From an uncultured Methanolobus sp. (GTDB taxonomy: Archaea > Halobacteriota > Methanosarcinia > Methanosarcinales > Methanosarcinaceae): a stretch of DNA of 64,000 nucleotides. The position numbers and the translations under genes were made by a program. Position 1 is the stretch's first letter, and every line of letters begins with the position of its first letter. Below are positions 30,321 through 39,438 of this stretch, piece after piece. The DNA lies in assembly GCA_963675495.1 (NCBI GenBank), contig OY776215.1:2528001-2592000 (forward strand), read 5' to 3'. Under the pieces are notes generated by a model. The model was not told the origin of the DNA. It saw nothing but the letters and a program-made list of their open reading frames with translations, and searched no databases.

Positions 30321-31970
30321 TTAAAATCCAAGTGCCATTCTTATTAGGACTATAAATCCTACGAAGAGGTCAAGGACAATAAGTCCTCCAATGATCACGC
30401 CACCCATTTTCAGATATTTAGTGTCGAAGTCCAGTATAGACAGGGCATTTTTCACAGAATCCAACGTATCATTGGCCTTTTCAATGGTTCCTTTCGTTTC
30501 GACCATGATTGCATTGACGTTGTCAAGTAAAAGGTCGATACGTGGCTGTTCTTCTGTCCTTACATTTTCCAGTACACCGTGAAGTTCATCCAGTGTCTTT
30601 GGAATTGATCCCGGCTCTTCGATCCACTGGTTTGACAGAAGTTCGTATTTCCTTTCCATTTTCATGGACTGCCTGAAATAGAATGCTTTCTGGGCTTTCA
30701 TCAGATCATAGTTTCTCTGGTAACCATCAAATTTGGTACTGAGGGCTGCTGAGATCTTTGCACCATGTGGTTGCATTGCAGACATTGCATATCCTGGTGA
30801 CTTGTTAACTGCAGTTGCCATCCTTGCCATGTCTATTGCGGAAACGTTCGTAGCATCTACTTTAATGTCTGTTGGACTAGTCGCACTAGCGGCACTTGTT
30901 GCAACAGTTGATCTGGTGGCAGGCTGGGGGCTTGCGAGGTTTCGTACAGTACTGCCACTTATACTTGGATCTGCAGTTCTGACTGAATCCCTGATTTTGA
31001 CGTTATCTGACAATTTTTTCTCTTCAGCGACATTATCTGTTCCTGCATTCACATTGATATCTTTGTCATTAAGAGTATCTGCAATACTTATGTCGATATC
31101 ATGTATACTGGCTGCATCCATTACTTCATCAAGAACACTGCTGGTGTAGATACTCTCTTTTGGGACTTTAATAGCTCCTGCAGCTATCTCAAACTTGTTT
31201 TTAGGGTGGGTTTTTATTATATCGCCCAATTGTGCTGTAATTGTGTCCTTTCGTGAGATAAGTTCCTTATAGTAGAGTTTGTCCGTCTGGATCAATTCCA
31301 GTTGATCTCTTATTGAAGGACTGAGTTCTGTAATTGAAACAGGTACTTTTTTCTTTGTGATAAAAAGTTTCTTTACTTCCTGGAGTACCTCTTCACTCAC
31401 GTCGAGATTATCGTCAAGTGATGCGAGTATATCTTCTACCATCGGCTGTTCAATGGTATTGAACCGTTCAAGAACTTCTTTTGCATTATAAATGCCAGTG
31501 GTGAGTACGCCAGGTTCCTGATAGAATATGTCATGTATCTCCTTGTTCACAGCTGCAAGCTTTGCTAGCAGCATGAACGTTTCCATGATATCGTCAAAGC
31601 TGGAGATAAGATCCCATAAATTAAAATCGAAAACACCAGTTTCGTTTATGCCTTTTTCCTTGAGTTTGTTTTCAAGCTTTGTCTTTTCATGTTTCAGGGA
31701 ATCAAGCCTTGCTTTTTCCTCATCCCACAGATCAGCTTCACTTCTGGGGGTAAGTCTCTTTATGGTCAGAAGTTCTTCTGCTTCCTCTAATGTTGATTCG
31801 AGCTGTTCTCCCACTGCCTGCATGGTCGAACCAATCACTGCTAATGCTATTCCTACTTCTTCAGCAGCATTTCCTGCTGATTCTGCCGCATTTCCTGCCT
31901 GATAGATAGCTTTTCCAACTGTATATAAGCCACCTGTGGCAACGCCAAGTACAATGTCATGCCATGCCAT
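30321..31970 (-). CDS. Hypothetical 549-aa coiled-coil protein with Gly-rich hydrophobic N-terminus, internal duplication and C-terminal TM
   Basis: Long ORF, AGGAAG SD-like motif, protein-like composition; no family recognised. Confidence 0.8.
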   Translation of the reverse strand: MAWHDIVLGVATGGLYTVGKAIYQAGNAAESAGNAAEEVGIALAVIGSTMQAVGEQLESTLEEAEELLTIKRLTPRSEADLWDEEKARLDSLKHEKTKLENKLKEKGINETGVFDFNLWDLISSFDDIMETFMLLAKLAAVNKEIHDIFYQEPGVLTTGIYNAKEVLERFNTIEQPMVEDILASLDDNLDVSEEVLQEVKKLFITKKKVPVSITELSPSIRDQLELIQTDKLYYKELISRKDTITAQLGDIIKTHPKNKFEIAAGAIKVPKESIYTSSVLDEVMDAASIHDIDISIADTLNDKDINVNAGTDNVAEEKKLSDNVKIRDSVRTADPSISGSTVRNLASPQPATRSTVATSAASATSPTDIKVDATNVSAIDMARMATAVNKSPGYAMSAMQPHGAKISAALSTKFDGYQRNYDLMKAQKAFYFRQSMKMERKYELLSNQWIEEPGSIPKTLDELHGVLENVRTEEQPRIDLLLDNVNAIMVETKGTIEKANDTLDSVKNALSILDFDTKYLKMGGVIIGGLIVLDLFVGFIVLIRMALGF

Positions 31971-32193
31971 ATTTTTACTTCCTGTCGCAGTTCTATAATA
32001 AATTCAAAAATGAAGATTCCCGTTTATGTATACTACTATGAGGATTGGACATCTGCGAATATCCTGTGCCTCATTGCTGCTTATTTAATGGACTTCACTA
32101 ATTTTATGGGTGGCTTGTAATATATACTTTCTCTATATATTAACTAAGATTTAGTAAAGTTGTATTTATACATTATATCTTGGTGACAGTTTT

Positions 32194-33045
32194 TCAAAGA
32201 TTCAGGTCAACTTTTTGCCCTTTGACCCATAGCTCTTCGAATTTATCTTTGAGTTTGCCAGCATATTCCTTATCGTATACTTTCAATTCCCCAAACATCT
32301 TCTTTGGCTGTGTGGGGTCTGGAATGGGTATGTAGGTAATGTATTCATCTATAAGTATGAAGTCGTAGTCGCAGTTGAGAACCCTTACTTCCATGTTCTT
32401 TTTTATCATGGCCCTAAGCATTGTGTCCTGTACCTGGTCAATTTTCTCCTTAAGACCTATCACAAAGATTTCTTGAGGTATGATTGTCTTAATTTTTACA
32501 TCTTTTTCTACGGCCTTGATAAATTCATCGATGACTAAAGGGATTAATGAACCATGGTCAATGCATTTCTTTTCCAGTAACAGCTCTGCAATCTTTCCCG
32601 GTTTTACATGCAATATCTCTTTTTCAGTTTCATCAAGCATACTTTTTAAGTTCTTGATTATGTCCTCTTCGCCTATGAGGGTAGACCAGAACTGTACTTC
32701 TGTGTGATCCGGCTGAGAAATATCCGAAAATCTGGTTTCCAGTTCTGCAACCTTTAACTTGAAATTTTCCAGTTCGTTTTTTGTTTCTTCTTCTTTTTTG
32801 GTGAAGAGATTGTTGAGGGCTATTGTTGGTTTGATTGCTCTGTATTTCCTCGGTCTTGACCTCTGGAATTCTACAAGTCCCATATTATTAAGGTTGGAAA
32901 GAACTTCGTATATTTTCCCAACAGGTATGTCCGATTTACGTGATAGCTCTTGGGCACCCGTAACTCCCTCTTTTAATAGGGTTGAATAGGCAGAAGCTTC
33001 GTATTTTGTCAATCCAAGATCTCTTAATGCTCTTTCGTTATCCAT
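32194..33045 (-). CDS. TrmB family transcriptional regulator
   Basis: L..LGLT.YEA.AY..LL, S.IP..KIY.VL..L...GLV and RP.KY.A..P; C-terminal effector domain ending FEELW. Confidence 0.92.
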   Translation of the reverse strand: MDNERALRDLGLTKYEASAYSTLLKEGVTGAQELSRKSDIPVGKIYEVLSNLNNMGLVEFQRSRPRKYRAIKPTIALNNLFTKKEEETKNELENFKLKVAELETRFSDISQPDHTEVQFWSTLIGEEDIIKNLKSMLDETEKEILHVKPGKIAELLLEKKCIDHGSLIPLVIDEFIKAVEKDVKIKTIIPQEIFVIGLKEKIDQVQDTMLRAMIKKNMEVRVLNCDYDFILIDEYITYIPIPDPTQPKKMFGELKVYDKEYAGKLKDKFEELWVKGQKVDLNL

Positions 33046-33098
33046 ATTTTCACTTTTTAATTGTTTTTTTATGAGTGAAATGCTTATTAATCTGTAGG

Positions 33099-33122
33099 TT
33101 AAAACAACTATAAAGATGTTTT
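33099..33122. promoter_or_regulatory. Palindromic operator candidate over the minus-strand TATA box of trmB
   Basis: AAAACAACTATAAAGATGTTTT is near-palindromic and contains minus-strand TTTATA; shares TTAAAACAACTAT with 33941-33964. Confidence 0.5.
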
Positions 33123-33242
33123 CTTATGGTGGATTATTTTATGGGTATTTCAAAGGGATATCTTTTTATCCATTCATATAATCGTCTGACTTGACTATAC
33201 ATAGTCACCAATCTGTAAATAATATCTTAGGGGTGTTTCATA

Positions 33243-33440
33243 ATGGAATCGAATTCGCAAAATTCAAAAAGAACAACGTCTTCCGTTGAACTATTAAGGT
33301 CTCATATTGATAATATGTCTATTCGGGATCTTGATGATGATTGGATCAAGAAACATACGATTGATCTTGGGTCATTGATGGAAGATGGGGACCAAGGTAT
33401 TGGTTTTAAGTATGGTGTTGGAATGTCTAAAAGGCGTTAA
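33243..33440 (+). CDS. Small hypothetical protein (65 aa)
   Basis: GGGGTG SD before ATG, TATA-like TTCATATA upstream, plausible composition. Confidence 0.55.
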   Translation: MESNSQNSKRTTSSVELLRSHIDNMSIRDLDDDWIKKHTIDLGSLMEDGDQGIGFKYGVGMSKRR

Positions 33441-33706
33441 GCATACTTATTCATGTAGTTTTCAATGTAACTCTGTATGTGTTTTTTTAAGAGTGAAACT
33501 CTTATATCGATGTTTTGTATATACAGCATTCGTTAGGTTTCGTTACATACTTTATTATTTCACTCTGTTGCCCGGAACTTTTAGTTCTGTTTCTAAAGTG
33601 GGCTGGTTGGTCTTATTTGAATTATTATTGTCTGGTAATGCGATAATAACTTACATCCGTCGATATATAGAAAGACTTATTAACTAAAAGTGATGTACTT
33701 CATATT

Positions 33707-33836
33707 GTGTACCATCAACAACACGCTTGTCGTGTAGTTTAGTACCACCCTATCCAACCCCCAAACGAGGCATCCTTTTGGGGATGTCTCATACCTATTT
33801 ACTCTGCATTTGAACACAGGTTGATTGATGGTGCAT
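33707..33836 (+). ncRNA. Candidate structured small RNA (~130 nt) with C-rich single-stranded linker
   Basis: TATA-like TTATTAA 33677-83; 12-bp closing stem GTGTACCATCAA/TTGATGGTGCAT; hairpins ACACG/CGTGT and GAGGCATCCT/GGGATGTCTC; T-rich tail; no credible ORF. Confidence 0.6.
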
Positions 33837-33940
33837 CTCTTTATGTATTTTAGATTTTTACCTGCTAATCTCTTTTAACTATTTATCAGTTTATTACGGG
33901 GTAAAATCTTTATATATAGAATAAATCTATTAGGCAATAA

Positions 33941-33964
33941 TTAAAACAACTATGGTAGAGTTTT
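33941..33964. promoter_or_regulatory. Second copy of the operator candidate, just downstream of the RND operon TATA box
   Basis: TTAAAACAACTATGGTAGAGTTTT, about 25 nt downstream of TTTATATA 33909-16. Confidence 0.5.
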
Positions 33965-33990
33965 TTTATTATCATACTTAATCATAAGGA

Positions 33991-36366
33991 GTGTTTATCA
34001 TTAAAAACATCTTTGAAAAACTGGGTATCTTCATTGAAGATAATACGATACCTATCCTACTGATCACGTTTCTTTTTGTGATTATTTCATTTCAGGGTGC
34101 CCAGTATATAGGGATGGCATCAGGAACTGATACTTTTGTAGATAAGAACTCTCAATTGTATCAGGATTTTGATCATCTTTACCAGAATCTCTTTGGTACT
34201 GAATCCATTGTAATAATGGTTGAAGGTAGCGATGTAACAAATCCTGAACTGCTCAAGGCAATGGACAGGGCATACGAGTCTATAGACAACATTCCCGGGG
34301 TAATTCAAGTAAATTCTCCATCATCTATCATTAAAGATGTTAATTATGAGATGATGGGACGAAGCGAAATCCCGGATGATGCTGGATTGATCGACGAAAT
34401 AATCAGTTCATCGGTTCCAACCTATTTTGTTCCTGATGAAACTCATGCTACCATGTCTGTAGTCGTTGAAGCAACCACATCAGATGAAATGAAAGAGGAG
34501 ATTCTCAGGGAAACCCGGATTTCTGTTGAAATGGCTGATTTTCCAGGTGATTATAATGTAATTGTGACTGGTGACCCTGCTTTTATGGTCGAAATGAATG
34601 AAGCAATGAATTCCAGCATGGGTACATTGCTCATGATATCAGTTCTCCTCATGATAGTTGTGCTATATCTTGTCTTCAAACATGTTAGGTGGAGACTCCT
34701 TCCGCTTCCAATAGTCATACTTGGTATCATTTTCACATTTGGAGCTATGGGATATCTGGATATCCCCATGACAATGGTTTCAATGTCTGCTTTTCCGGTA
34801 CTTATCGGGCTTGGTATAGATTATGCCATCCAGTTCCATAACCGGATTGAAGAAGAACTGGAACATGGTAGCAGTGATGAAGAAGCAGTAATAAACACTA
34901 TCAAACATACCGGTCCTGCAGTTTTGATCGCACTTATAATAACTGCCCTTGGTTTCTTTTCATTGTTCACATCAACTGTTCCAATGATACAGGATTTCGG
35001 AAAACTTCTGATGATTGGTATTGCAATGTGTTTCTTATCCTCATTGTTTGTAGGAGTTACAGTACTATACGGCTTCCATAAACTTTCAGAGAAAAATATA
35101 CTCTCAAAGCTCGGATTGAAAAAGCCACCTGCTAAGAAAAAAGAATCCTTCATAGAATCATCTGAACATGAGCCGGATTTCCTGGAAAAGGCACTTAAAG
35201 GTATATCTGGATTTTCAATACATCATTCGGTACTGGTTCTGGCAATTGCAGGTTCTCTTTGTGTTGGTGGACTTTTTGTAGATACAATGGTTCCCATTCA
35301 GACTGATACGCAAACCTTTGTGCCCCAGGACCTCCCTGCATTGATCGATCTTATGCACATGAGCGAAATCCTGGGTGGGACGGATCAGTTAAACCTGATA
35401 GTAAAGACAGATGACAACACAGACCCGCAACTACTTGAATGGATAGATGAATTCTCACAGCATGAAGTAGATGGAAGGAGCCATATTTACGACTCAAGTA
35501 GCATTGTTGATCTTATAAAGGCGCAGAACGACGGTGAAATTCCTGACAGTTCGGCAGATGTTGCCATGCTGTATGAGCAGATGACTGATACTCAGAAGGA
35601 AAGCTATCTTCATGGAAATTCAATACTCCTGGTCAATCTGGGGATTGGCAATGCCATGAGTGAACTTGGACTTATGGGTATTGGAGACCTTACTGATGTA
35701 GTAGAAGATGATATCCTCTGGATGGCTCCTCCTCCTGGAACAGAAGTAACCATAACCGGAAATTCTGTTGTTTTTGTCGAGGTTATAGGCGCCCTTACGT
35801 CCGGTAGAACCATGATGACAATGCTTGGTATCCTATTGGTCTTTGGAGGTCTGCTTGTAATATACCGTGATCTTTTGAAGGCCTTAACTCCGGTGATTAC
35901 CATGGTAATGGTAGTTGGCTGGTCTGGTGGTCTCATGTATTACACCGGTCTGGAATATACTCCTATGACCGCGACCCTTGGTGCGCTCATCCTTGGAGTC
36001 GGTTCGGAATATGCGATCCTTATGATGGAGCGCTATTTCGAGGAAAAGGAAAAGGGTGCAGATCCTGTTCAGGCAATGCAGGAAGCAAGTGTGAAGATCG
36101 GAAAAGCCATTGTCACATCCGGTGCGACCACTGTATTTGGTTTTTCAGCACTTATCGCATCACCATTTAGTATTACCAGTAATTTTGGCCTGATAACAGT
36201 TATAGATGTATTCCTGGCGCTGTTAGCTACGTTTGTGATATTCCCTCCTGTAATTGTCACACTTGATAAGTTCAGGGAAAAAAGAAGAGCTCATTCAGCA
36301 GGCCATGAATTCAAACAAATTGATACACATGAAGCAAACACCATTCCGGAGGCTATAAGCGCATGA
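33991..36366 (+). CDS. RND-superfamily (MMPL/HAE3-type) exporter
   Basis: Two repeats of TM + large extracellular loop + 5 TMs; GLGIDYAIQFHNR..EE and GVGSEYAILMMERY.EE motifs; true start may be ATT at 34000. Confidence 0.92.
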   Translation: MFIIKNIFEKLGIFIEDNTIPILLITFLFVIISFQGAQYIGMASGTDTFVDKNSQLYQDFDHLYQNLFGTESIVIMVEGSDVTNPELLKAMDRAYESIDNIPGVIQVNSPSSIIKDVNYEMMGRSEIPDDAGLIDEIISSSVPTYFVPDETHATMSVVVEATTSDEMKEEILRETRISVEMADFPGDYNVIVTGDPAFMVEMNEAMNSSMGTLLMISVLLMIVVLYLVFKHVRWRLLPLPIVILGIIFTFGAMGYLDIPMTMVSMSAFPVLIGLGIDYAIQFHNRIEEELEHGSSDEEAVINTIKHTGPAVLIALIITALGFFSLFTSTVPMIQDFGKLLMIGIAMCFLSSLFVGVTVLYGFHKLSEKNILSKLGLKKPPAKKKESFIESSEHEPDFLEKALKGISGFSIHHSVLVLAIAGSLCVGGLFVDTMVPIQTDTQTFVPQDLPALIDLMHMSEILGGTDQLNLIVKTDDNTDPQLLEWIDEFSQHEVDGRSHIYDSSSIVDLIKAQNDGEIPDSSADVAMLYEQMTDTQKESYLHGNSILLVNLGIGNAMSELGLMGIGDLTDVVEDDILWMAPPPGTEVTITGNSVVFVEVIGALTSGRTMMTMLGILLVFGGLLVIYRDLLKALTPVITMVMVVGWSGGLMYYTGLEYTPMTATLGALILGVGSEYAILMMERYFEEKEKGADPVQAMQEASVKIGKAIVTSGATTVFGFSALIASPFSITSNFGLITVIDVFLALLATFVIFPPVIVTLDKFREKRRAHSAGHEFKQIDTHEANTIPEAISA

Positions 36367-37472
36367 ATGGCAGATACAAAAAAGTTGACAAATTAAAATT
36401 GTATATAATCCCCTTAGTGCTATGTATCCTTCTTGCAGCTACCTTTGTGCTGATGCCTTCGGTATCTGCTAAGGAATACATAGCCCCAACCTATGAATAT
36501 ACGAATAATTACTACAAGGCTTACGGGGAGCCTGACATATATGCCTCAGTTCTTGGAGACACTGAATTCGAACGTGGTGAAACTGCTGAGATAATGGTCG
36601 TATTATCCAATAAGGGTGTATTGTATGGTTTGAAATCAGACACAGTTGTCAAAGATTCAGAAAGTGCTCACCAGTTATCTCTCACGGAGCTGCAGTATGA
36701 AACTCAGAGGACAACAGCATACGGAATAAAAGCAAGTCTTGTTTCTTCCACTGATCTGATCGAGATAGATGCTGCTACAGACAGCCAGACAATGGAGGAA
36801 TTGCTTCCCGGTGATCTGTCGGAGGATCCTTTTGTCTTCACGGTCACAATCTCGGATTATGCTCCTGCGGGAGTGTATTTGCTGGAAATGCCACTGAACT
36901 ATGAATATGTGCAAGATGTAAGAATGACCGCAGGTGAATCGGTAATTCTTGGAATGCCTGATCTGGATCATGCAAACTATTATGAAACAGTTGAACAAAC
37001 AATTCAGATTCCTGTTATTATAATGCCTGAGGCTAAATTTGAGGTCAGCAGTGTTTCAGGAAATGTTACAGCAGGCAGCACTGACACTCTCAATATCACT
37101 TATACCAACATTGGTGAACTTCCTGCAGAAGATGCAGTTGCAAGATTGATAGTGATGGAACCATTGAGTGCTGATCGTCCTATACAGTCGCTTGGTACGA
37201 TGCAGCCCGGTGAGAGCAGAACCATATCAGTTAATATTGCTTCTGATTTCCAGGCTGTCGAGAAGAATTATGGTATTGACAGTGAGATCAAGTATACTGA
37301 TGAAGATGGTGAGGATGCATTTTCTGATAATATGAAAGTAAATGTGGATCTGAAACAACCTGAAACAAAGCTCAATATAACGGGTCTTGCACTTGCAGGA
37401 CTTGTGGTTATGGGAATAGTACTGATTATCAAAAACAGAAGAAAGAATGGATCAAATAAGTCTAATGACTAA
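36363..37472 (+). CDS. COG1361 S-layer-domain family protein (signal peptide, C-terminal TM anchor)
   Basis: GDTEFERGE, N.G, APAG.Y.L, Y.N.GE..A.DA.AR and SEIKY.D motifs; TM followed by basic tail. Confidence 0.85.
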   Translation: MNGRYKKVDKLKLYIIPLVLCILLAATFVLMPSVSAKEYIAPTYEYTNNYYKAYGEPDIYASVLGDTEFERGETAEIMVVLSNKGVLYGLKSDTVVKDSESAHQLSLTELQYETQRTTAYGIKASLVSSTDLIEIDAATDSQTMEELLPGDLSEDPFVFTVTISDYAPAGVYLLEMPLNYEYVQDVRMTAGESVILGMPDLDHANYYETVEQTIQIPVIIMPEAKFEVSSVSGNVTAGSTDTLNITYTNIGELPAEDAVARLIVMEPLSADRPIQSLGTMQPGESRTISVNIASDFQAVEKNYGIDSEIKYTDEDGEDAFSDNMKVNVDLKQPETKLNITGLALAGLVVMGIVLIIKNRRKNGSNKSND

Positions 37473-37485
37473 TTGGAGGGATCTT

Positions 37486-38583
37486 ATGAAAGTTATCAAC
37501 ATTAAAAGAATCGTTACGGCATCAATACTAATGATGGTGCTCATGTCACTGCCCGTGCAGGCTGAAATGACAACAGTGGATCTGGAACTTCCGGAGTACT
37601 TCAATTTCGATGATAATTATTACACTGTCTTTGGAGGTCCGGATGTGTCCGCAACTTTGATAGGTGATAATGAATTTGCGCGTGGTGATGAGGTCACTCT
37701 TAATATCAACCTGATGAACAAAGGCGTTGTAACAGGTTTTGAGTCAGACGATGAGGCTGATGATACTTCTGATCTTGAACAGAAGATCCAGCAGACTGAG
37801 ATGGGTTATGAATCCCAGAGGACAACAGCTATTGGTATTCTTGCAATCCTTGTATCAGAAGACCCTAATGTCAGGGTAAAGTCGGGTCCACAGGAAGCAG
37901 GTACTCTTGTATCCGGTGAACAGACTGAGAATCCTGTCATGTTTAACATCGAGGTTTCAAAGAATGCTCCTGCTGGTGAATATCCTCTCAATCTGCAATT
38001 GCTTTATGGATACCAGGAGAATGTCCAGATAGATGGTGACAACGAAACCGATCTGGGTATTACGAACATGGAAGTTGGACTCTGGTATGCAGTTGGCCAG
38101 CAGATGCAGAACATATCAGTTATTGTGGAAGAAGAGGCTGATTTTGAGGTTGTAAATGTGACGGGCGAACTCGAAGCCGGCACAGAAGGACTTTTGCGTG
38201 TTGTTTACGAGAACACAGGTGAAGAGGCTGTGAAGGATGCCACTGTCAGGATAAGCGCCGATGATCCGTTCAGCACAACCGATGACCAGTCCTTCCTTGG
38301 TTCAATTGCACCGGGTGAGACTGCAGAGGCTGTATTCAAACTCAAAGTGGACGAAGCAGCGGTATCAAAGAACTATGCCATTAACAGTGAGATCAAGTAT
38401 GAGGATACTGATGGACACAGTCAGATCTCGGATACTATAAAGGTACAGACTGAAACACTTCCTGCAGGTTCTTCAGGATCAGGTATGGGTAAGTATATCG
38501 GAATTGTAGTGGCTCTGATAGTCCTTGCAGTTGTTTTTGTAGGTGCTAAAAAATATATGGGTAAGAAAGAAGGGGAAAAGTGA
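37486..38583 (+). CDS. COG1361 S-layer-domain family protein, paralogue of the upstream gene
   Basis: Same motifs (GDNEFARGD, YESQRTTA, APAGEYPL, SEIKYED); TM + basic tail; ATG 37486 after GGAGG. Confidence 0.85.
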   Translation: MKVINIKRIVTASILMMVLMSLPVQAEMTTVDLELPEYFNFDDNYYTVFGGPDVSATLIGDNEFARGDEVTLNINLMNKGVVTGFESDDEADDTSDLEQKIQQTEMGYESQRTTAIGILAILVSEDPNVRVKSGPQEAGTLVSGEQTENPVMFNIEVSKNAPAGEYPLNLQLLYGYQENVQIDGDNETDLGITNMEVGLWYAVGQQMQNISVIVEEEADFEVVNVTGELEAGTEGLLRVVYENTGEEAVKDATVRISADDPFSTTDDQSFLGSIAPGETAEAVFKLKVDEAAVSKNYAINSEIKYEDTDGHSQISDTIKVQTETLPAGSSGSGMGKYIGIVVALIVLAVVFVGAKKYMGKKEGEK

Positions 38584-38637
38584 TCTCCCTTTCTTTATTT
38601 TTTTTCCTTTACAATTACTGAGGGTGATATCATCACA

Positions 38638-39438
38638 ATGCTCTTAACATCTCTCCAGAATCTCGGTTTCACATCATATGAGGCAAAGGTCTTTGTGGCT
38701 CTTGTGAAAAATGAAAGTGCAACAGTATCAGCTTTGCATCTGGATTCCGGTGTTCCCAATTCTGCTATATATGGTGCCCTCAAAAAGCTGGAAAAAAGAG
38801 GTATCATTGAATTCCAGAATACAAAACCAATGCGTTACAGATGTATTCCTCCTAAGGATGCCATTGCAAAACTGGAGCGTGATTATAAGGATGAATGTGA
38901 TGGTGTTCTCGACGAATTGAACAATATATATGGTGAATCTTCTTGCGATAATAAGGAAGAACTTATCTGGACTATCAATGGTATCAGGAATGTTACAGAT
39001 AAGGTAATACAGATGCTTGAAAGTGCAGAAAAAGATGTCCTGATTATGAATTCTTCAACACCTTTTCTGACCCTCGCAGAAAAGTATGTGTCCCTCAAAA
39101 AAGATTACACTACCATCATTGGTATTTTCAACAAAAAGATCGCTGATGAGGGTGTTAGTATCAGGATTATTGGTTCATGCGATGAAGACGCAAGAAAGAT
39201 CCATAATATGGTTCCTTTTGCATCTGTTCGAGTTAATTCCATGATGAACAACCCATTGGAGATCAACAGCTTTGTTGTCGTTATAGATAATTCAGAAATG
39301 CTTGTGGATATTATAAAAGAAGATGATGGTGAAGCAGATCTGACTGCTGTATGGACGAACGGGGAAGAATTCTCTTCCACAATATCCAATCTCCTGAATG
39401 CTAAATGGGAAACATCTAACGAATACAGTCCTTTATGA
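38638..39438 (+). CDS. TrmB family transcriptional regulator
   Basis: L..LGFT.YEAK...L, SGVP...IY..L..L...G and KPMRY...PP; effector domain. Confidence 0.92.
   Translation: MLLTSLQNLGFTSYEAKVFVALVKNESATVSALHLDSGVPNSAIYGALKKLEKRGIIEFQNTKPMRYRCIPPKDAIAKLERDYKDECDGVLDELNNIYGESSCDNKEELIWTINGIRNVTDKVIQMLESAEKDVLIMNSSTPFLTLAEKYVSLKKDYTTIIGIFNKKIADEGVSIRIIGSCDEDARKIHNMVPFASVRVNSMMNNPLEINSFVVVIDNSEMLVDIIKEDDGEADLTAVWTNGEEFSSTISNLLNAKWETSNEYSPL

Noticed and set aside
33385-33687. 100-aa hydrophobic plus-strand ORF
   Set aside because: Overlaps ORF 33243 out of frame, has T-rich low-complexity composition and no SD; probably spurious
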